A stretch of 40,870 nt of DNA from a virus (taxonomy: Duplodnaviria; Caudoviricetes), in the IMG/VR virus record IMGVR_UViG_3300038393_000751, positions 1 through 40,870 of that record; one strand, given 5' to 3'. Shown here piece after piece: positions 35,883 through 40,870 of this stretch. Every line of letters starts with the position of its first letter. The stretch's first letter is position 1. Made by a program: the position numbers and the translations under genes. Below the pieces are notes generated by a model that was not told the origin of the DNA, did no database searches, and saw only the letters and a list, made by a program, of their open reading frames with translations.

Positions 35883-36014
35883 ATGACGAAGATTGCTACA
35901 TGCGCGAATGAACATTGCTGCTCCCCAATCTATGCAGGCGATAAAGCCTGGAGGATGTTTGGGCAGCTGTATTGCAATATTCGGTGTGCTTTGAAAAACT
36001 TGCGGAAGGGGTGA
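35883..36014 (+). CDS. 43-aa Cys-rich (Zn-finger-like) protein
   Basis: GGGGAGG RBS; C....CC.PIY.GD.......LYC...C. Confidence 0.6.
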   Translation: MTKIATCANEHCCSPIYAGDKAWRMFGQLYCNIRCALKNLRKG

Positions 36015-36019
36015 ATGTA

Positions 36020-36244
36020 TTGGCGCTTAACCGAAAGCGAAAGCATAATGATCCGGTTCGCTGCTCCTTCTGCGGAGAAAAGCGAGCACACCATACGCTT
36101 CATGGTTTATCCCGTTTTGGGGGTGGGAGAACATGCTGTGATGTGTGCTTTCCAGGGGTGAAATCTGAATATGTCAAGGAACAGGAACGCGAAGCGGCCT
36201 ATGAAATGACGGAAGCGGATTACCAAACCTGGGGGAAATTATAA
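36020..36244 (+). CDS. Zn-finger-like hypothetical protein
   Basis: AAGGGGTGA RBS, TTG start; CSFC...CDVC; EADYQTW tail. Confidence 0.65.
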   Translation: MALNRKRKHNDPVRCSFCGEKRAHHTLHGLSRFGGGRTCCDVCFPGVKSEYVKEQEREAAYEMTEADYQTWGKL

Positions 36245-36268
36245 ATCAATCAAGGGAGAGATGTAACT

Positions 36269-36688
36269 ATGCTTAATCGAGTGATACTTATTGGACGCTT
36301 AACGAAGGACCCGGAGCTGCGCTACACACCAGCTGGAGTTGCTGTAACTACGTTTACCCTTGCCATAGACCGACCATTCACAGGCCGGGATCAGCAGCGC
36401 GAAGCGGACTTTATTAACGTTGTCGTGTGGCGGCAGCTGGCCGAGACATGTGCTAACTATTTACGCAAGGGCCGTTTAGCGGCTGTAGAGGGCCGTATTC
36501 AAGTCCGGAACTATGATAACAGTGAAGGGCGCAGGGTATATGTTACGGAGGTTGTAGCAGATAACGTGCGCTTTCTGGAGAGCATGAACAGCAGCAGCTC
36601 GGGCGGAACCGGCAGCAGCTCCAGTGGCGATCCGTTTGCGGATGACGGGAAACCAATCGACATCAGCGACGATGATTTGCCGTTCTGA
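36269..36688 (+). CDS. ssb: single-stranded DNA-binding protein
   Basis: [20 protein letters not shown] ... DISDDDLPF. Confidence 0.97.
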   Translation: MLNRVILIGRLTKDPELRYTPAGVAVTTFTLAIDRPFTGRDQQREADFINVVVWRQLAETCANYLRKGRLAAVEGRIQVRNYDNSEGRRVYVTEVVADNVRFLESMNSSSSGGTGSSSSGDPFADDGKPIDISDDDLPF

Positions 36689-36721
36689 TACAAAATGTAA
36701 CAAGAAAATAAGGGGTACGAC

Positions 36722-36751
36722 AGGCTTCCCGATCCGGGGAGTCTTTTTTTT
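36722..36751 (+). terminator. intrinsic terminator after ssb
   Basis: AGGCTTCCC-gatcc-GGGGAGTCT plus T-run. Confidence 0.85.
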
Positions 36752-36762
36752 ATGGTAAACTA

Positions 36763-36791
36763 TTGAAATTTGTCGATGATAGAGTTATAGT
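36763..36791 (+). promoter_or_regulatory. SigA-type promoter of the replication operon
   Basis: TTGAAA-N17-TATAGT; TCGA boxes at 36773, 36805, 36814 and 36838. Confidence 0.7.
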
Positions 36792-36834
36792 GTAAGGGAA
36801 CGATTCGAATATTATCGAAAGGGGTGTTAGATCA

Positions 36835-36999
36835 TTGTCGAATACTAATGCAAAAGTACCATTGACACGTCCAGTTAGTTTCACGCTGACCCATGATTTT
36901 GCCGACAAATTGGACGACCATTGGAAGAAAAGGGGTTTCCCCACCCGTTCCGCTTATCTCTCTTATTTGATCCGAATCGACATGGAGAAGAAGGGTTAA
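36835..36999 (+). CDS. 54-aa CopG-like ribbon-helix-helix protein (not in ORF track)
   Basis: AAAGGGGTG RBS, TTG start; RPVSFTL...FADKLDDHWKKRGFPTRSAYLSYLIRIDM. Confidence 0.75.
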   Translation: MSNTNAKVPLTRPVSFTLTHDFADKLDDHWKKRGFPTRSAYLSYLIRIDMEKKG

Positions 37000-37000
37000 T

Positions 37001-37840
37001 ATGGCGAAAGACGCGAAAGATGCCTTTTACTTCTCCCATGATTCCAACGCTAGGGGAGATACTAAAATCCTCGAAATGAGAAGTGTGTACGGTTCCGAGG
37101 GTTACGGCTGGTATTGGATACTCATCGAAATGATGAGGGAAGAACAAGATTACAAACTCGGGATGCAAAGTAAATACATTTGGAATGCATATGCAAAGCA
37201 AATGGATTGCAAACCGGAGCAAGCAAAACAATTCGTTTTGGATTGCATAAACGAGTTTAAATTATTCAATTCTGACGAACTTTTTTTCTGGTCAAATTCA
37301 CTAAATCGGAGGATGTCAAAACGCGAAAAAACATCTTCTGCGCGAAGTGAAGCGGCTAGAAAACGTTGGAGTGATGCTGGTTTAGATGCAAATGCATTGC
37401 AAACTGATGCAAATGCAAAGCCGGGCTATGCATTAAAAAGGAAAGTAAAAGAAAGTAAAGGAAAAGAAATTAAAGTAAATATTAAAACACCTTTGTCGTT
37501 TTCCAACGACGAGCTGATTCCTTTTCTCGAAATCCTTGAATACTTGAACACCAAAACGGGGAAGAAATTCAAACCCGTAGATAAAACCAAGAAGGCCATT
37601 CGAGCACGGTGGAACGAAGGCAACCGCCTGGGAGAATTTAAAACCGTGATTGACAACAAAGTGCTGGATTGGGGAAATCCAAAACCCGGGCAAAAAGATA
37701 TGCGGCAATATCTTGCCCCGGACACTCTTTTCGGGACCAAATTCGAACGATACCTAAACGAGCAGCCAAAGGGGGATGCACATGAACCCGGAACTGTTAG
37801 CGAAAGCTATTCCGACTATGAGCGCTTCGTCATCAAGTGA
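37001..37840 (+). CDS. phage replication initiator (DUF4373/Lin1244-like N-terminus, conserved phage C-terminal domain)
   Basis: YFSHDSNARGD.K...R..YG..GYG.YW..IE; YLN.KTGK.F...I.AR..EG....FK.VID.K...W....YL.P.TLFG.KFE.YLN. Confidence 0.85.
   Translation: MAKDAKDAFYFSHDSNARGDTKILEMRSVYGSEGYGWYWILIEMMREEQDYKLGMQSKYIWNAYAKQMDCKPEQAKQFVLDCINEFKLFNSDELFFWSNSLNRRMSKREKTSSARSEAARKRWSDAGLDANALQTDANAKPGYALKRKVKESKGKEIKVNIKTPLSFSNDELIPFLEILEYLNTKTGKKFKPVDKTKKAIRARWNEGNRLGEFKTVIDNKVLDWGNPKPGQKDMRQYLAPDTLFGTKFERYLNEQPKGDAHEPGTVSESYSDYERFVIK
37385..37480. other. probable replication origin: iterons plus A-rich tract inside the initiator gene
   Basis: GATGCAAATGCA at 37385 and 37406, further TGCA(A) copies at 37163-37213, purine/A-rich run 37436-37480. 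Confidence 0.55.
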
Positions 37841-38600
37841 TTCACTGATTGGTGCCTGCTGCCTTTTCTGTCACACGTATATCCCGCGGATGGACTTGAA
37901 AATGCTGGGGAAGCCCTTTTACCCATTGCCAACATGCTCCTGCGTGATGGATCGGGAACAAAAGCGGCTGGAGCTGGAGGAACGCATGGAGCGCAAGCGA
38001 AGGATTCAGCGCACCTATGCCCGCAGCCTGGTTGCAGATTCGATCCAGGATGCAACATTGGAAAACTTTACATACCGGGATGGAACAGGAATTGCGCTTA
38101 CGAAGTCGAAAGAGTTTGTCAAACACTTTTCGACACGGAAAACGGGGATACTGCTATTCGGCAAACCTGGGAACGGGAAAAGCCACCTTGCCCGAGGGAT
38201 GGAACAAGCGATAGACGCCATGCACTATGCAACGCTGTTTCTTGATTGGCTCAAACTGTGCGAATTGGCGAAGGCTACGTTTTCCCGTAACTCCAAGACC
38301 ACGATAGCCGATTATGTCACCGCGGCGGTTGAAGCTGATTTTCTTGTGCTGGACGAGCTGGGAGCCGGGACGCTATCGGACTTTGAATTCAAGAATCTCC
38401 TGTTCCCAATCGTGAACGGCAGGCAAGGCAAAAAAACCGTCTATACGACGAACCTGGACATCAAACGTCTCGCGTCTTGGATGGCTGCGCATGACCCGGA
38501 TGGACGGATTATAGACCGAATTATCGGCAGCTGCGAGATTGTGCAAAATAGCGGCACCAGCAAGCGCGTAGAAGACGCCGAGAAGCGCATGAGTACATAA
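37782..38600 (+). CDS. DnaC/IstB-like AAA+ helicase loader
   Basis: N-terminal CxxC..CxC; ATLENF; Walker A GKPGNGKS; Walker B FLVLDELG; YTTNL; RIIDRI. Confidence 0.9.
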   Translation: MNPELLAKAIPTMSASSSSDSLIGACCLFCHTYIPRMDLKMLGKPFYPLPTCSCVMDREQKRLELEERMERKRRIQRTYARSLVADSIQDATLENFTYRDGTGIALTKSKEFVKHFSTRKTGILLFGKPGNGKSHLARGMEQAIDAMHYATLFLDWLKLCELAKATFSRNSKTTIADYVTAAVEADFLVLDELGAGTLSDFEFKNLLFPIVNGRQGKKTVYTTNLDIKRLASWMAAHDPDGRIIDRIIGSCEIVQNSGTSKRVEDAEKRMST

Positions 38601-38618
38601 CCCAAGGGGGAAACAACG

Positions 38619-38921
38619 TTGGAAGAATTAACAGTCAAAATCAAGCAATGGGCAAGCGACCGAGGACTTGATACAGCGGACCCGAACAAACAAATGCTGA
38701 AGCTTGGGGAAGAATTCGGGGAATTGTGCCAAGGGATGGCTAAAGGCCGTAAGGATCAGGTGATTGATTCTATAGGCGATATGTATGTCGTTATGACCAT
38801 CCTTTCGATGCAGATGGGGATCAACATCGAGGACTGTGTTCAGTCGGCTTATGACGAAATCAAAGACCGGAAAGGCAAGATGATTAACGGCGTGTTCGTC
38901 AAACAAGAAGACTTGATCTAG
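38619..38921 (+). CDS. MazG-like nucleotide pyrophosphohydrolase
   Basis: WA.DRGL, KQMLKL.EE.GEL, DSIGD..V, AYDEIKDRKGKMINGVFVK. Confidence 0.88.
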   Translation: MEELTVKIKQWASDRGLDTADPNKQMLKLGEEFGELCQGMAKGRKDQVIDSIGDMYVVMTILSMQMGINIEDCVQSAYDEIKDRKGKMINGVFVKQEDLI

Positions 38922-38934
38922 GGGGCGTAGAACA

Positions 38935-39198
38935 ATGGGATCAATGGACCAAGCGGAGCGGCTCAGAAGGGCCTTGGAGCTCCAGCAAAAAGACAAGGAT
39001 GATATGGACCGTATCTTCTGGCTGATGTTACACGGCGGCAGGACACCGCTGGACGCTTGCAAGACGGTTATTGGGTGCAATGACATGTTCTTATCTCACG
39101 ACACCGAGAATGGGCTTTTACGGGCCTCTAGGAGCGTGGACGATGAGCAAGTTTTACAACAAGAAAGTTTTATTGACCGAAGGCGGGACTGTTCTTGA
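38935..39198 (+). CDS. hypothetical protein
   Basis: AGGGGG RBS; fills the operon gap; overlaps the next gene by about 55 nt. Confidence 0.5.
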   Translation: MGSMDQAERLRRALELQQKDKDDMDRIFWLMLHGGRTPLDACKTVIGCNDMFLSHDTENGLLRASRSVDDEQVLQQESFIDRRRDCS

Positions 39199-39667
39199 TG
39201 AGGATCATCTGAAGGAGCTCAAGCAAGCTGGGATTGTGCTGGATGGAATTCACTTTGACAGCATGATGGAGTGTGACTTTTACGTCGAGCGGCTGCTCCC
39301 GAAAGTCCAGTCCGGGGAAATTGAAGTCATCCTCCAGCCTCGCTACCTCCTGCTCCCGGCCTTCGAAAAGCGGGGGAAGAAGTGGCAAAAGATGGAGTAC
39401 ATAGCCGACTTCGAAGTGCGGCATAAGAGCGGGCGCGTGGATGTCATTGACATTAAGGGCCTGGAAACGGATGATTTCAAAATCAAGCGGAAGCTGTTCG
39501 AGTATACCTTCCCGGAGCATGAGCTGCTGATTATCAAGCGGGTGAAGAAATTTGGCGGCTGGGTGACGGAAGAAGAATACAACCGGCTGCGCCGATCGGA
39601 GAAAAAGGAGAAACGCGGGGATGCCAAGCCGCGAAATAAAATTAAGCGTCGATCCAAGAGAGCATAA
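39143..39667 (+). CDS. DUF1064-family PD-(D/E)xK nuclease-like protein
   Basis: MSKFYNKK..DGI.FDS..E..FY, LQP.Y.L.P.F, Y.ADF, VIDIKG..T..FKIKRKLF. Confidence 0.88.
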   Translation: MSKFYNKKVLLTEGGTVLDEDHLKELKQAGIVLDGIHFDSMMECDFYVERLLPKVQSGEIEVILQPRYLLLPAFEKRGKKWQKMEYIADFEVRHKSGRVDVIDIKGLETDDFKIKRKLFEYTFPEHELLIIKRVKKFGGWVTEEEYNRLRRSEKKEKRGDAKPRNKIKRRSKRA

Positions 39668-39788
39668 ATGCGTGTGGGCCGAGGCTTTCAGGCTAACCGA
39701 AGATTTAACCCAGCTGGAGGCGGATGGCTGGGAATGCGAGATATGCGGGCAGCGCATTGCGGGTGAGCTGCCCGACAACAACACATGA
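39621..39788 (+). CDS. 55-aa Zn-ribbon-like protein (not in ORF track)
   Basis: AAGGAG RBS; H.C.W...WECEICG. Confidence 0.5.
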   Translation: MPSREIKLSVDPREHKCVWAEAFRLTEDLTQLEADGWECEICGQRIAGELPDNNT

Positions 39789-39804
39789 GAGGAACAATGG
39801 GACA

Positions 39805-40671
39805 ATGGACTACGAAAAAGACAGACTATCAGACACCGAGCGCAAAGTATTGGAGTTTATACGGGAGCAAATGGCCGGGGAGAGTACCATATCCTCCGAA
39901 GGGCTTATGAGCCTTTCAATCGCCATGAAAGTCGTGAATAGTGCATCATCCTGGTACAGCAGCGTCTCCAAACTCAAATACCAAAAATACATGGAGTCCA
40001 TCCGGGACGGACAAATGGCTCTATACAGCATTACAGACAAGGGATACAGAGAATTAAACGATCAAACCGAACTCGAACCAGTAAAAGCGGAGGCCAAACC
40101 CATGAATAGACCAATGGAGGACGCGCTCAAGGAAGCGCTTAATAAAGGCAAATTCAATTACACCGCAACATCCCAGCTGGGGCTATCACTCCCAAAGCCT
40201 GGGACCTATGCAGAGAACGTGAACGGGATCATTGACATGTTTAAAGAGCGGATCAACCCGAAAGCAGGAGAAAATGAAGTCATGCGGCTGCGCGAATGGT
40301 ACGATAAACTCAGCGCTCAAGGGGTGCCAGCTTACCAGTGGATGGTGGAGGCGATTGCTAATTGTTCGACCAAAGTCAATGCGTCACAACGCACGATTGC
40401 TTACCTCATCGGAATACTCAAAAGCTGGGCCACCTATGGATTCGGATCAGATTATTCCAGTGAGGCCAAGAAGTTGTTTGAGCGATTCGAGTCACGGTTT
40501 AACACTCAGCTATCCGATGCAGCCCGCAGACATTTGATGGGAATCATAGAGCGTAATGGCATCGTAGACACATTGGCCGGGATATTCGAAATGGAACTGG
40601 AAATTGTAGACATGAGCAGGATTATTGTAGAACAGCTGGAGCGCTCACTCGGATCGGAGGAAAGCGCATGA
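39805..40671 (+). CDS. winged-helix plus DnaD-like domain protein
   Basis: LSDTERKVLEFI..VSKL....Y....YSITDKG (wHTH); EAI......IAYLIGILKSW...G (DnaD-like). Confidence 0.6.
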   Translation: MDYEKDRLSDTERKVLEFIREQMAGESTISSEGLMSLSIAMKVVNSASSWYSSVSKLKYQKYMESIRDGQMALYSITDKGYRELNDQTELEPVKAEAKPMNRPMEDALKEALNKGKFNYTATSQLGLSLPKPGTYAENVNGIIDMFKERINPKAGENEVMRLREWYDKLSAQGVPAYQWMVEAIANCSTKVNASQRTIAYLIGILKSWATYGFGSDYSSEAKKLFERFESRFNTQLSDAARRHLMGIIERNGIVDTLAGIFEMELEIVDMSRIIVEQLERSLGSEESA

Positions 40672-40870
40672 TTGAACTTTCCCCGATGGACCGCTTAAAA
40701 ATCTTTGCGCTCGATCCAAGAGGTATCAAAATGCGGGAGGTGCGGCTTTCACCCACTCCAGGCTTCGTTATTTGGGCCAAGAAGAACGCAGAGCCGGTTG
40801 AGATAGATATACGCGGGGTAGGTTATCCCGCTCGCGTAGGCGGCAAATATCAGTCTGTGCTGCGGCTTTG
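40668..40870 (+). CDS. hypothetical protein, truncated by window end
   Basis: GGAGG RBS; ATGA overlap; open to the end of the window. Confidence 0.6.
   Translation, partial: MIELSPMDRLKIFALDPRGIKMREVRLSPTPGFVIWAKKNAEPVEIDIRGVGYPARVGGKYQSVLRL

Overview
A 40.9-kb slice of a Bacillales phage or prophage, probably infecting Paenibacillaceae (judged from SSB and endolysin style). It has a podovirus-like layout and is almost entirely on the + strand. 1-11.3 kb holds virion accessory and tail genes: a multi-LamG/Fn3 adhesin, a head-tail adaptor, an Fn3/Bsp-repeat fibre and a tail-nozzle-like protein. 11.4-26.4 kb holds two probable ejected proteins: a Q/N-rich 11-residue-repeat protein and a 4376-aa polyvalent DarB-like protein (zincin, N6-MTase, SF2 helicase, second zincin, LPD38-like). 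Holin and glucosaminidase-type endolysin follow at 26.5-27.7 kb. 27.7-31.7 kb is an accessory region with an RHH/pilin-like/VirB4-HerA-type ATPase module and several unannotated micro-ORFs. 31.7-32.1 kb is a promoter- and terminator-bounded structured non-coding region where a cI repressor would normally sit. 32.2-40.9 kb is the early/replication arm (XRE, YqaJ, ERF, small-gene array, SSB, CopG-like RHH, initiator, DnaC-like loader, MazG-like, DUF1064, wHTH-DnaD). No integrase, CI, terminase, portal or capsid gene is recognisable in the window. Best leads: (1) a 97-aa gene with a perfect RBS overprinted in the +1 frame inside the DarB-like gene, just before its methyltransferase; (2) a candidate ~400-nt structured RNA divergent from the cro-like gene; (3) two homologous -10/hairpin elements bracketing the ejection-protein genes; (4) a cop-rep arrangement suggesting a phage-plasmid; (5) a junction motif repeated across the early small-gene array. 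All family calls come from motif recognition by eye; no searches were run.
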